This document shows positions 10,733 through 22,391 of a stretch of 64,000 bases of DNA, piece after piece; positions within the stretch are counted from its first letter, which is position 1; every line of letters starts with the position of its first letter. Source of the stretch: Candidatus Bathyarchaeota archaeon (GTDB lineage Archaea; Thermoproteota; Bathyarchaeia; Bathyarchaeales; Bathycorpusculaceae); NCBI GenBank assembly GCA_963815095.1, contig CAWFFH010000006.1:1-64000 (forward strand), in the 5' to 3' direction. The notes under the pieces were generated by a model. That model was not told the origin of the DNA. It saw nothing but the letters and a program-made list of their open reading frames with translations, and ran no database searches. The position numbers and the translations under genes are program-made.

Positions 10733-10896
10733 CAATCTCTTATTGGAACCATAGAGCTTCACTTTGAAACATTCCCTTACTCATACAGGTTAGAAAACTC
10801 GGTTTAATTGAATGCCTTTCGCTTAGTATATTTTGAAGCTATCGCTTGTAGTCTCATTCATGTAACAACACAGTCTTAACTATCAGTTTAGGGTAG

Positions 10897-11157
10897 ATGC
10901 GAAACAGAGGACAGGAAAATATGATATCTGCAGTAGTTTTAGTAAATACTGACATAGGCGCCCAGGACAAAGTAGCAGAAAACATAAAGCTTGTTGAGGG
11001 AGTTCAAGAAGCACATTCCCTATACGGCGTTTATGACCTTTTAGTCAAAATCAAAGCCATATCACTGGACAAACTTAAAGAAATCATCAAATTAAAAATA
11101 AGAAACATCGCGGGTGTAACTAGCTCATTAACACTGATGATTATTGAAGACCGCTAA
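10897..11157 (+). CDS. Stand-alone Lrp/AsnC ligand-binding domain protein
   Basis: GVQEAHSLYGVYDLLVKI..IRNIAGVTSSLTL motif. Confidence 0.85.
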   Translation: MRNRGQENMISAVVLVNTDIGAQDKVAENIKLVEGVQEAHSLYGVYDLLVKIKAISLDKLKEIIKLKIRNIAGVTSSLTLMIIEDR

Positions 11158-11201
11158 AACCACGCTTCCACTTGTTTTAAAAGATTGCATTCTGATCCGT
11201 A

Positions 11202-11456
11202 TTAAGGCGCAAAAACGATTACGGCTCCATCTTCAATTTTCATTCTCAAACCATGCTTCTGCAGAATTGGCTTAATGCAGTCCCAAGAACCGCTATCAAA
11301 AGCACATCGCATCTTTATCTCAAAGCCCTTGGAGTTTTCACCAATCGAAACCTGACTAATCGAAACTGTTTCCTTGAGCGCATCATAAATTTCGTACATA
11401 ACCTCAATCGCTTTAGTTCGAGTAATATAAAATCCCCCAATATTTGTTACATTCAT
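11202..11456 (-). CDS. Hypothetical protein
   Basis: 84-aa ORF between convergent genes. Confidence 0.5.
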   Translation of the reverse strand: MNVTNIGGFYITRTKAIEVMYEIYDALKETVSISQVSIGENSKGFEIKMRCAFDSGSWDCIKPILQKHGLRMKIEDGAVIVFAP

Positions 11457-11531
11457 ACTACCATTCGAGGCTGTACGTACCTAAGATTTGCCTAATCGCA
11501 AAGCAAACCCAAACTGCGCTACAGAAAGACT

Positions 11532-13469
11532 TCAAAAAGTTTGCTTCCCTGATACCCCGTTTATCTTCTGGGGCAACCGTATGATGAAGGTTGTTCCTTT
11601 GCCTTCTTCGCTCTCAAAACTTACTATACCGCCTAAAGATTCAGTCATACGCTTAATAACTGCCAACCCAAAACCTTGACCCTTAGACTTAGTCGTAAAC
11701 ATTGGAGTAAACAATTTTCCCCTAACTTTTTCTGGTATGCCAACGCCGGTGTCCTTGACAGTTATGAGAACGTCTTTGGCTTCTTTGTATGCTAGAATTG
11801 TTAGTTTTCCGCCTTTAGGCATAGCTTGAACCGCGTTAGTTACTAAATTGTACATGATACGGTTTATGAAAGTAGAGTCAGCCACAACTTTCCTTGCTTC
11901 GGCATCCACTTTTACGGTTACTTTGACGTTTTCTGGCAAACCATTCTTTTTCAATAAGTCGTCAATTATGAGTTTCAAATCGGTTTCTTCCGCGTTAGGT
12001 CTAAGAGGTCTGGCAAAATCTTGCAGATCAGCCACAATTTTATTAATGTAATCGACATTTTTCTCAATTTCCGATAAGCTTTCTTGGATGCTGTTTTTTT
12101 CTTCGCTTTCTGGAATTGCAATTAACTCTGTTTTAGCTAAAAAAATATCACCGGTTATCGCTTGTAATGGATTGCGAATGTCATGTCCAACCATTCCCGC
12201 GGTAGCGCCTATAGTTGCTAAGCGCTCTGCATCCTTCAACTGCTCCGCTCTTTTGTTTGCGAGCTCCTCCATCTGATTGGCATATTCTTCAACTTGGACG
12301 GCTGATTCTTCAAGTTTCGACTCCAAATTTATCCGATCAGTAATATCCACATTTGACTCCAATATCTCAACAATTTTGTTATCTGCACCAGTTTTTCCCA
12401 GCCAATAGCTTTGAACAACTACCTTACTTCCATCTTTGCTTGTGTGAATGATTTCACCTGACCATTCACCATCCTGTTTAACTTTGCTTAAAATTTCTTC
12501 AATTGGTTGGCGAGACTCCGTCTTTAGCAGAATGTTGATATCTTGTTTATTTGCTTCCTCTTTTGTCCAACCGTACAGTTTATATGCGCCCTTACTCCAA
12601 AAAGTGATTGTACCGTTAAGCTTCTTAACAATTATAGCATCTGGACTAAGATCGATAAGCTCAGCCTGGCGTTTTAGTGCTTCTTCAGCTTTCTTGCGGT
12701 CAACAATTTCCCTCTCCAAATCAGTCTTAGAAGCGGTTACTGTTTTCAGGTTAGTTGTCATTTGGTTGAAGGTTTGGGATAATTCGCCGATTTCATCTTT
12801 TTTGTCTTCCTTGAGTTTAAATTCTAAGTTGCCTGATCCTATTACGACTGCGCCTGCTCGTAGGTCCGAGAGTGATTTGAGGGTACGGCGAAAAGTCTGA
12901 AGATAAATAACGCCGAGAAATGCGCTGAAAGTTCCAACAATTGCAAAAATCAAAACCGAATTAAAAGTGTTTAATGCATCAACTTGAATGCGGAGAAGCT
13001 GCGCTAATCGGGTCCCATCGGAAGAAACTGCTTGGGTTTGGATTGATATGCGGCTCCACGACACTTGGATTATTGACAAGGTCTCGCTCGGAGTTGCATT
13101 CTGGATCTTAGAAGTCCCGACGGTTGTAACTAAACTATCAAACACAGTTTTCATTCGCTGCTGATTAGCAATAATATCTGAGACAAGGGCCTGCTGTTCT
13201 TGAGTATCCACATTCAAGTTGGAAACGTCTTGGGAAAAAGAAGCGTATCTTGTTTGCCATTGGCTAAGCTGCTGGTCTCCCTGATAAATCACGTAGTCGT
13301 TTGAAAGATACGTTAAGTCGCTTGCACCTTGGACTACGCTATTGGCAAGGTTTTCCTGTGTACGAGTTTTGTCCACCTCTTGAAAGGTAAAGGCTACGGA
13401 TGCTGCAATAATAATCAGTAGCAAGCTAAAGACAAATAGGGTAATTTTGAATTGGGTTGACAGCCGCAT
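11532..13469 (-). CDS. Membrane sensor histidine kinase (TM-extracellular-TM-HAMP-PAS-HisKA-HATPase)
   Basis: DEIGELSQTFNQM HAMP; PAS; GHDIRNPL H-box; NAVQAM, DTGVG, GFGL boxes. Confidence 0.92.
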   Translation of the reverse strand: MRLSTQFKITLFVFSLLLIIIAASVAFTFQEVDKTRTQENLANSVVQGASDLTYLSNDYVIYQGDQQLSQWQTRYASFSQDVSNLNVDTQEQQALVSDIIANQQRMKTVFDSLVTTVGTSKIQNATPSETLSIIQVSWSRISIQTQAVSSDGTRLAQLLRIQVDALNTFNSVLIFAIVGTFSAFLGVIYLQTFRRTLKSLSDLRAGAVVIGSGNLEFKLKEDKKDEIGELSQTFNQMTTNLKTVTASKTDLEREIVDRKKAEEALKRQAELIDLSPDAIIVKKLNGTITFWSKGAYKLYGWTKEEANKQDINILLKTESRQPIEEILSKVKQDGEWSGEIIHTSKDGSKVVVQSYWLGKTGADNKIVEILESNVDITDRINLESKLEESAVQVEEYANQMEELANKRAEQLKDAERLATIGATAGMVGHDIRNPLQAITGDIFLAKTELIAIPESEEKNSIQESLSEIEKNVDYINKIVADLQDFARPLRPNAEETDLKLIIDDLLKKNGLPENVKVTVKVDAEARKVVADSTFINRIMYNLVTNAVQAMPKGGKLTILAYKEAKDVLITVKDTGVGIPEKVRGKLFTPMFTTKSKGQGFGLAVIKRMTESLGGIVSFESEEGKGTTFIIRLPQKINGVSGKQTF

Positions 13470-13477
13470 CCTTACGC

Positions 13478-14494
13478 CTACTTAATGATAGTTACTGCAT
13501 CGGGTATAACCGATTTAAGTCCATCGGTGAAGATGAAATCGGTAAAGTTAGGAACCTTTGTTTGATTGGTCAATTGGTTGTTTATCATCCATTGGGCTTC
13601 ATCCTTCATAGCTATAACAAGTGACTGCTCAAGTGAAAGCGAAAACTTGTGCTCGGCCCAAACAGATTTAATATATGAATCGCTGTAATTCAAAGTATTC
13701 TTCACAATAACTTTTGCCTGATCAGGGCGGTTTAGAATAAAGTTTTGTGCTTCATTAAGAGCAGTGAGAAAATTTTTCACTGAAATGGGATGTTGGGTTA
13801 TCCACTCGCTGTTACATATTAAAACACCATATGCTGTTTGACTGCTTTGTACGGGCCAAATAATGATATCGTTTACTTGATTTTGTATCTGGTTAATATA
13901 AGGTTGCCATGCTACTAATGCATCAACGGATCCAGCGGAAACTGTTCTTACGTATTCTTTTGGGTCAATGTTGACAATGTTAACATCTTTTTCAGGTATA
14001 TTGTTTAGATCAAGAAAACGGCCTAAATAAAATTCAGCTATCGTTCCTTTTGTCACGCCGATTGTTTTTCCTTTCAAATCGGAAATATTTTCGATTCCAT
14101 GATTTTTCAGCGCTACGATGTAGTCATTCACAAATTCGTCATTTACCGCTATAATGGATATTGAATTATTCTTTAGAACCGCAGCGGCAAACGGAAATTC
14201 GGCAGCTTCTGCGATATCTGCATTACCCGCTAACAATGCGTTTATAGAAGTTACACCTGAATCAAAGTTTTTTATCGTAACTTTTAAGCCATTATTGGCA
14301 AAATACCCTTGCTTAGTTGCAACATATAACAAAGTGTTTTGTTCTAAAGGTGGAATTGCAATAGTTATCGCTTCAGTTCTTCCGGAATTGGTAACTGAAT
14401 TTTTATTGTAGATGAAGGCTGCCAAAATCAATGACGGCACAATAACAATCATGAATAATATAACAATGGTCTTTCTATCAAGTCTCGGCTTCAA
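13478..14494 (-). CDS. NMT1/SsuA/TauA-like solute-binding protein, membrane-anchored
   Basis: N-terminal TM; SDLKGKTIGV, DALVAWQP motifs; 8 bp from kinase start. Confidence 0.85.
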   Translation of the reverse strand: MKPRLDRKTIVILFMIVIVPSLILAAFIYNKNSVTNSGRTEAITIAIPPLEQNTLLYVATKQGYFANNGLKVTIKNFDSGVTSINALLAGNADIAEAAEFPFAAAVLKNNSISIIAVNDEFVNDYIVALKNHGIENISDLKGKTIGVTKGTIAEFYLGRFLDLNNIPEKDVNIVNIDPKEYVRTVSAGSVDALVAWQPYINQIQNQVNDIIIWPVQSSQTAYGVLICNSEWITQHPISVKNFLTALNEAQNFILNRPDQAKVIVKNTLNYSDSYIKSVWAEHKFSLSLEQSLVIAMKDEAQWMINNQLTNQTKVPNFTDFIFTDGLKSVIPDAVTIIK

Positions 14495-14503
14495 TTTTTA
14501 ACC

Positions 14504-15520
14504 TCAATGTATGATCGTTACTAAGTTGGGATCAACTGCCTCTAACCCTTCTAAATAAACGTAGTTTAAAAAGTTAGGAACAACCGTTGCGTTGGTGAGG
14601 TTGTTATTAATTAGCCACCGAGATTGATCTTGCAAAGCTAGAAGTTGAGCTTGATCTAACGTAACTGTAAATACATATTCTGACCAAACCGATTCAAGGT
14701 AAGAGCTATTGTAGTTAAATGCCTTTTCAACAATAGACATTGCTTGACCCCTCTCACTGGTTACAAAATTTTCGGCTTGTGCTAATGCTTTTAGGAATCT
14801 TACAATTAAGTCTGGGTGTGCCAAAGTCCAACTTCTTGTACATATCGCATCGTAGTAGCTGATTTGGTCGGCTTGAGCGTCCCACTCAGCAACCTTGCCA
14901 ACTAATTCATTCTTTGTCTGGGTTGCATAAGGCTCAAGCGTTACTACGGCACTGACGGTTCCATTTGCTAAAGCCATACTCGATTGCGCATAGGGGACGT
15001 TGACAACGTGCACTTCATTTAAGTTTACACCGTTTAGTTCAAGGAGCCTGCCTAGAAAGAATTGTCCGCTTGTTCACACTGGAACGCCTATGTTTTTGCC
15101 CTTCAGGTCTGATATTGCATTTATGCCCATATCAGTTCGTGCTATTACAAATAGGTTGAAAGTCTTGCTAAAAGTCCCTATTGTCAAGATACCTTCATTT
15201 TGTAATGCTGCTTGCGCTAACACAAATTCAGCCGCCCCAGCTATGTTAACTTCACCGTTTAGGAGTCCTTGCACAGCGGCAAAGCCTGACGGATAGCTTT
15301 TCACAGTCACGTTTAAGCCGTACTTGGTGAAGTATTGCTGGTCATTGGCTATTGCAACTAAAGAGGTGGATTCAATTGGAAGAAATCCGACAGTGACTGA
15401 TTCAATATTTTTTTCATAGGGCTTTTGAGAATTCAGGTAAACAAATGAGCTTAAGACAATCGCTATCACCAAGATAATTACAGCTATGATTATGAGATTT
15501 CGCTTTTTCAGCACTGCCAT
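14504..15520 (-). pseudogene. NMT1/SsuA-like solute-binding protein interrupted by an in-frame TGA (15074-15076)
   Basis: GVPV*TSGQFFLGRLLELNG aligns with paralog GVPLGTISQFYIGRFLELNG; both halves in the same frame. Confidence 0.8.
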
Positions 15521-15643
15521 CCAATTTACCCTCAGAAATACAAAGCTTAACTACCCCTGATGGTCGAACGTATATATAATTATCTAAAAAACAGCTATTG
15601 AACTGGGCTTTTCATATATTGTTAGTTTAACTTGCATTTTTTC

Positions 15644-16664
15644 TTAATGTATAATTGTTACTGCCTCTGGCTTAACCGACAATAACCCGTCCAAGTAAAC
15701 GTTATTCAGAAAGTTTGGAGGAGCGGTTGCGTTTGTCAGGTTGTTGCTTATGAGCCATCGGGATTCGTCTTCCAAGGCCACTATTAGGCTTTGGTCGAGT
15801 GAGAGCGAAATCTGCTGGTTATGCCATACCGCAGCCATGTATCCTTCGGAGTAATTTAATCCTGTTTTTATCATAGTTTCCGTTTTAGACGGGTTATTAA
15901 CGTAATAGCTTTCTGCTTCTGCAAGAGATTCAACGAAACGCTTAACAACGTCTGGGTTCTGATTTACCCAGTTGTTATTTGCGACCTCAACTATGTAGAG
16001 TGCTTGGCTACTTTGCGGCGACCAGACAACAGCGTTATTGCCTAACTGTTCTTCTATGGCGTAGGCGTAAGGTTGCCAAATGACGACGGCGTCAATAGTT
16101 CCGTTCATCAATGATTCAATAGCGCCTGTTGGAGTTATGTTAACAATTGTTACGTTTTGAAGGCTTAAACCATTAAGTTCAAGGAATCGCCCAATGTAGA
16201 ACTGGGAAATTGTACCTAGAGGAACTCCAATTGTTTTTCCTTTAAGATCGGATACATTTTGGATTCCATGGTCTTTTCTGGCGATAAGATCTTGGAGCTG
16301 GAATTTACCGATGCCCGCTAACGCGCTAATGTTTTCTCCCTTTAAGGCGTTAGTGACTAATGGAAACTCGGCTGTTGCAGCAATATCCAATTTTCCATTA
16401 AGAAGGTCGTTGACGGCAGCCATGCCTGAGGTGTAATTCATGACTGTTACGTTAAGTCCGTTTTCGGCGAAGTAGTTTCGTTGTTGAGCGATATAGACTA
16501 AGGTGTCGCATTCGAAGGATTGGGCATTGCCGATAACGACATTATTTGCCGTCTTTTTATGTGGTCTCTGGGAATTTAGGTAAACAAATGAACTTAGAAA
16601 CAATGGCTATAACCAAAATGATAACGGCTATTATTACCAAATTTCTCCTTCTCAATATAGCCAT
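15644..16664 (-). pseudogene. NMT1/SsuA-like solute-binding protein with a +1 frameshift in the anchor region (~16599)
   Basis: ATG 16664 gives MAILRRRNLVIIAVIILVIAIV, matching the paralog N-terminus; an extra T shifts the frame before LSSFVYLNSQ. Confidence 0.75.
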
Positions 16665-17296
16665 CTTTAGGTCCTCAAATTGGTTAAATCCACTTAACAG
16701 TAAACATATTTATGACTTTCTAACATAAATGACAAAGAAAAAGTTAATTTCAGGTTTTGAGCAACATAAAAATGCTTAAATTAAGAATTACTTTCTGTCC
16801 ATTTTGCTTTCTCCAAAAGAACCAAAAACAAACTTTGTACGCGCCCAATGCCAACCTTTTCGCGCAGCAACGTGATCTCCGTGCTCTTTTTCCAATCGTT
16901 TATTAATTCTTATGATCCGTGGCTAATTAGGTGCTATGAAATCTTGAATATTCAAAGCTAAATTGCTAAGTCAAAAGTAACAATCCAAGTGAGCCCGCTT
17001 CAAAGAGCAAGCACAGAATTTCTCGATAGACCTCGTCTTGTCAGTAACTCGCTGTGTAAGTGATTGGTCAAAATTGAAAGAACCTTTCAACCCGAAAAGA
17101 TTGTCCGGAGAATAAACTTACTTCTTCAACCCATCCTACTTTTGTTTGAAGAGTTGCTGGTTGTTTGTATTGATAAAATCGATAAAGAACCCTCAAAAAA
17201 AAGAAAAAGTTAAAAAGTGAATTTTGTTGAGCTTCATTTTGAGACGTGATTTTTTGCTCGATAGGAACTTGAATACAAATTTTTCTGAAGCTCCAA

Positions 17297-20200
17297 TTAT
17301 CTTTTATTCTGAGGAGGCAAACGTACGATAAATGTTGTTCCATTTCCTTCAATACTTTCAAAGGTCACAGTCCCGTTTAACGCTTCAATCATCCGCTTAA
17401 CAACAGCTAATCCTAGACCCTGCCCCTTAGATTTTGTCGTGAAGAATGGAGTAAATAGCTTCGACTTGACTTTTTCGGGGATACCCATTCCGGTATCTGA
17501 AACAGTGATAACTAAATCGGCTTCTTTCTGAAATGCCCTTAAGGTCAGTTTTCCTCCATTAGGCATAGCTTGAACTGCATTAGAAATAAGATTGCCAAGA
17601 GCACGCTTCAATATATTACGATCAACAAAGCTTATTTTAACTGAACCCTCGATCTCGCACGAAGTCTCGATATTTTCTGGCACCGTTATTTTTTGAATTA
17701 ATTCACAACATAATTCTTTCAAATTAGTTTCTTGAGGTGAAGACTGAGTCGTCTTTGCATAGTCTTGCAGGTCAGCAACAATCTTGTTTATGTAATCAAT
17801 GTTCTTCTCAATCTCTACAAGGTTCTCCTCCATAGCTTGCTTTCCTTCTTTTGGAGGCATTCCCTTTAGCTCTTCTCTAGCTAGATATAAGTCGCTAGTT
17901 ATAGCCTGCAACGGATTGCGAATATCATGACCCACCATACCTGCAGTCTCACCTATCGCGGCGAGGCGCAGAGACTTTTCAAGGTTTTTTCTGTCATCAA
18001 TATCAACAAAAGACAAAACAGCGCCATCTATCTTGTCTTCAAGAGTAATGTAAGGTCTCACTTGCAAATCATAGTAGTGCGCGTCTTCATCTTTTACTTC
18101 TCTAGTAACAGAATGAAGCTTCGAAATCACTTCTAAAATCATGTTTTCTAAATCTTCAACATTTATTCTTAGTTTGATGCTCGTAATGGGCAATCCAATC
18201 GCTGAAGGCAAAAGATTTAGGATTTTTTGAGCTGAAGGAGAAAACATTCTAATCTTGAGACCTTTATCAATAATCACAATTGCTGGACCTATGTTTCTAT
18301 TCAAGTTGACTAAATCATCATTTAGATGCGATAGTGCTTCATTTCTGTTTTTTACTTCGTCATTTAGGGTTTTTAATTCTTCATTGCTAGACTGCAACTC
18401 TTCTTTCGCAGTCTCTAACTCTTCGTTTGTGCTCTGCAATTCTTCATTGCTTGATTGTGCCTCTTCCATAGTAGTTCTTAATTCTTCATTGGTTGCTTCT
18501 TGAGTTTCTATGATTTTCTGCAGAGAAAGTTTAGTGGACTCTAATTCCTCTCTGAGCTCTATAATTTGTCGATCTTTGGCATTTTCCTGACCTTGAGGAG
18601 TTGAAGCCAACTCCAGTGTCTTTCTTAGTAACGCGGCAGCTGTACTGATATCTTCCAATAAGACGAGAAAGAATGGCTCCTCAAACTGTTCAATATGTAA
18701 TGGAATAACTTGAATATTGATTGTTTTGTGTTCTCCAGCAAAATTTAAGCGTATTGCGCTTTCCTTTATGGGTTTATTCTCTTTTTTTGCTCTATAAATC
18801 ATTGTTTGAACTTCAGATTTCAACTCTTTTCGAGTTATCCTGGAAATATTGAAACTCGCTAGCCCAGATTCAGGCAAAACAAATGGCGCAATATTTCCTC
18901 GGAAAAGAAGGACATCTGAATTCGAATTAACTAGCAATGCGGCTGGGACATATTCCGTTACCAGCAAATGGTCAATTTCCTCCTTCAAAATCGCAAGGGC
19001 ATCTTTCTTTTCACCTGTTTGAACTTCCCTCAGCTTTTGTTGATACCGCGGCGAAACTTGCAAACCAAAAGTAATGCCTGGTTGGGCTCTCTTTTTTGCA
19101 TATATAGACGTCTTTTTTAAAGGCTCAAACAAGTTTGTAAATTTACCAATGCTCTCGGACTGCCCCAAAACCAAAAAGCCACCTATCTTTAATGCATAAT
19201 GTAAAGTAGGCACAACTTTTTCGTGAAGGTAAGCGTCAAAGTAAATGAGCATGTTTACGGCAGCTGATTAGATCCATATTGGAGAACGGTGGGTCTGCAG
19301 TGATGTCTTGCCTTGGCGAAAACGCACATGTCTCGAATATTTTTTGCGATTTGATAGTTTCCATTTAAGCTTTTGAAGAACTGTTTTAGTTGTTTTTCTG
19401 GTACGTCAGTTTCTATGGTTTTTGGATAACTTCCTTGTCTTGCTTTTTCAATGTTTTTTTCGTTGACATCAGTTCCGAAAATTTGAACTTGAATATTTGT
19501 AAGGGAGTTTTCTTCGATATATTCTTGTATCGCAATTGCGAATGAATATGTCTTCTTCACCTGTTGAGCAGCCTGGAATCCAAATTCTAATAGGTTCTTT
19601 GGGAGAACGATTCTTTACGAGTTCAGGAAACACTTTTTCTTTCAAAGCAGCAAAAGTTTCGGGTTCCCTGAAGAAGCCTGTAACCCCAATTAACATATCA
19701 TTGTATAATGCTTGCAACTCGTTTGGATGTGCCCGCAGAAACTCCATATAATCTGCAATTTTTTTAATATGATTAATTACCATTCGGCGGGCAACTCGTC
19801 GATTTACGACTGTTTCTTTATAATGCGAGAAATCTACATTGCAATTGGATTTTAGGATTGCAAATATTGAGTTTAAAGCTGTTTCTTTCTTTTGCTTTCC
19901 ATCTTTTGTTATTTCTTCGTCTCTTGATGCTATTTCACTTCTAGCCAATTGCGGGTTGAGTGCGATTTTTTTTAGTTCTAAGGCTATCTTGTCTGGAGTT
20001 AGAATAAAATCTGCGGCTTCTGCTGAAATGGCACTTTGGGGCATGTCGCCATACTGTGCAGAATTTGGAGTTTGAGCGAAAGTGATTCCACCCTGTGCTT
20101 TGATGGCTTTTAGACCTTCGGTTCCGTCGGAGCCTGTTCCTGAGAGCACAATTCCTATGCTTTGATTTTTAGAGTTTTCAGCTAAAGAAATAAAAAAGGT

Positions 20201-20521
20201 ATCGATTGGTTTTAACGACTTTATCTTTTGGTTAAGAATGAGTGTTTTGTTTTCCATGGTCATGGTTTTTCCTGGAGGAATAACGTAAACGTTGTCTGGT
20301 TCAACTGGCATTTTATTCTTGATGGCTTGGACCGGCATTTTAGTAAATCTTGAGAGAATATCGGTCAGCATACTTTCCTGACCAGCTGCCAAATGCTGGA
20401 CAACGACAAACGACAAGCCAGTATTGACAGGTAAACATTCGAACAAAACTTTGAACGCTTCTAAGCCGCCTGCTGAAGCGCCTATTCCTACCGTGATGAC
20501 CGATTGTTTTACTTTGGACAT
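17297..20521 (-). pseudogene. CheB-CheR-coiled coil-PAS-histidine kinase fusion with three +1 frameshifts (~19551, ~19311, ~19254)
   Basis: GASAGG CheB; IWIPGCSTGEE, GTDVN, DITADPPFSNMDLISCRN CheR motifs split across frames; EELQSTNEEL repeats; GHDIRNPL kinase. Confidence 0.85.
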
Positions 20522-20951
20522 TTTGTGAACTCCATTCTACATAATTGTTTGCTTTCTCGCGTTTTTACAACAATGTAATGCTACAGAGAAGACATTGTTC
20601 AATTTGTCACAATTTGTTTAAGCCCTTGAATGTTAATTATTTACTGATTGACTATCTAGTACTTATGCTGTACGCATGAAAAAGAAAAAAGTACGCCCCT
20701 TTGTCTATTGATGAATTTACTATCTTGAAATCAACTTTATGAAAAGACATACCTCACAGAAGTTCATTATTCGACTCCCTCTTCTGTTCACCCAGATCGT
20801 TAGAACAAAACTGGGAAGTACCCCATATCGGAACCTCTCTCAGCAATATGTTAATAAACTCATCATTCTGCCCTATCGCAACCATGAATGATATGCTATA
20901 TATTGTCGAATGGTCAGACAGACTCGTAACCCTTTGAATAAAAAATATCAT

Positions 20952-21599
20952 TTACTTCCTCAAAACAAGACCATAGTGATATGGTTTTAAGTCAAGCATC
21001 TTTTCAAAAATAAACCCTACAGACTCAGCCCATGCCTTGCATTGTTCAGGTCTCGGACGAATATCCATTGGAGGACCTCTAGGTGTTGTTGGGTCATAGT
21101 TCCAGTGAATAATTCCAACCCTACCGCCAACCTTTAAAATTCGGTAAGCTTCCATTAGCAATGATTCAGGTTTTTCAAGATGGAGGATATTAAAAAGAAA
21201 AACATAGTCAACACTTCCATTCTTGAGCCCCGACCCTTCTGAAATGAAATCATGAGTAAACGCCTCAACATTGCAAAGGCTAAGCGCATCTGCTTTCAAT
21301 TGTACTGCCTTAACCATTTCAGATTCAATGTCAAAAGCGTAGATTTTATCAGCAATTATTCTTGCCGCGGGAATAGTGAAAGTTCCATAGCCGCAGCCAA
21401 AATCCGCTACGTTCTCAACATTAGAATCTACACCCAACAGCTCGAGGACTTTGTTTGGGTCGAAAAACTCTGTCCACAACTCCTCTTCAGGCATGCCGCT
21501 ATCTCGAATCTTCACGCCCTTCACCTGTCGACTTCTTGGAGTCATTTCCATATTAACCTTCGTGAAAAAGTAAACCAAACTGGTCCATCGTTTGCCCAC
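20952..21599 (-). CDS. Class I SAM-dependent methyltransferase
   Basis: VADFGCGYGTF motif I, AFDIE, SVDYVFLFNILH, ILKVGG. Confidence 0.85.
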   Translation of the reverse strand: MGKRWTSLVYFFTKVNMEMTPRSRQVKGVKIRDSGMPEEELWTEFFDPNKVLELLGVDSNVENVADFGCGYGTFTIPAARIIADKIYAFDIESEMVKAVQLKADALSLCNVEAFTHDFISEGSGLKNGSVDYVFLFNILHLEKPESLLMEAYRILKVGGRVGIIHWNYDPTTPRGPPMDIRPRPEQCKAWAESVGFIFEKMLDLKPYHYGLVLRK

Positions 21600-21653
21600 T
21601 GACTAAGAGCCAAAGTTAACTTGAGTGAAAAATTATCCACAATTCTGCGTTAT

Positions 21654-21854
21654 CTATTCTTTCTCTGGCAACATTTGTGCATTGGGGAGATAAACCGCTT
21701 TTTTACTAATCTCGGCACTACATAAGCCAGCGTGAGCTCGGCAATAATCTTCACATTCTTGCGCAGTCTTCCTGTCCGCGTATCCAAGCCCACATATATC
21801 ACAGAGAAAAACAGTTTTGTCCCCAATCTTTTTCTCGCTAACCAAAAGCAACAC
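21654..21854 (-). CDS. Small Cys-rich putative Zn-binding protein
   Basis: FLCDICGLGY..AQECEDYC..C. Confidence 0.65.
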   Translation of the reverse strand: MLLLVSEKKIGDKTVFLCDICGLGYADRKTAQECEDYCRAHAGLCSAEISKKAVYLPNAQMLPEKE

Positions 21855-22197
21855 TCCTTATCAAACAATCAATAAACAGCAACTAAAAATACCTTCACCA
21901 TGATAGCCCATTTACATCAACCACTCCACTTTGATTTTAATTAGCTACGTAGAAGCATAATTGGCAAAATCGACAACGGACACGGGTTCAATCAAATCCT
22001 TGCCCTGAATATTAGCGGAAATAATAGAAAGAGCAGAATAAATTCTCTTCCAGAGGGGCGAATCTCGTGGGGTAAGCCAGTCCGACTCACACTTAACATA
22101 TTTTTACTGGTGAATTGGGGCTAGGATCACCCAGCACCTAAGAATTGTTCTGATCATAGTAACAATTAATCGGCCCGAACCATTTAGGGCTGAGACA

Positions 22198-22211
22198 CAG
22201 CGGCCTCACCA
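22198..22211 (+). repeat. attR-like copy of the tRNA-Pro 3' end
   Basis: Exact 14-bp match to 10719-10732. Confidence 0.75.
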
Positions 22212-22391
22212 ATCCATTTGCCCTTATTTATATAGAGTCTAAGAGAGTTTGTTAAGAAGAAAATTTTTTCAAACATTTTTTAGTAGATAGCTATGATTTC
22301 CCACAGTTTTTGTGAGATTGATTTTTAGGTATTTTGAATTCATAATGCATTTATTATGTCTTGATTAATTCTTTGAGTTGCAGTTGGTTTA

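Larger units (their letters stand above)
10733..22211. mobile_element. Genomic island 1 at the tRNA-Pro 3' end
   Basis: CAGCGGCCTCACCA at 10719-10732 repeated exactly at 22198-22211. Confidence 0.7.

Noticed and set aside
19250-19560. Programmed ribosomal frameshifting in the CheB/CheR kinase
   Set aside because: Three separate single-base insertions with no slippery heptamer; decay or sequence error is simpler.
5218-22313. Shared 13-mer CCACAGTTTTTGT upstream of 5360 and 22392
   Set aside because: Only two T-rich copies, not symmetric; chance cannot be excluded.
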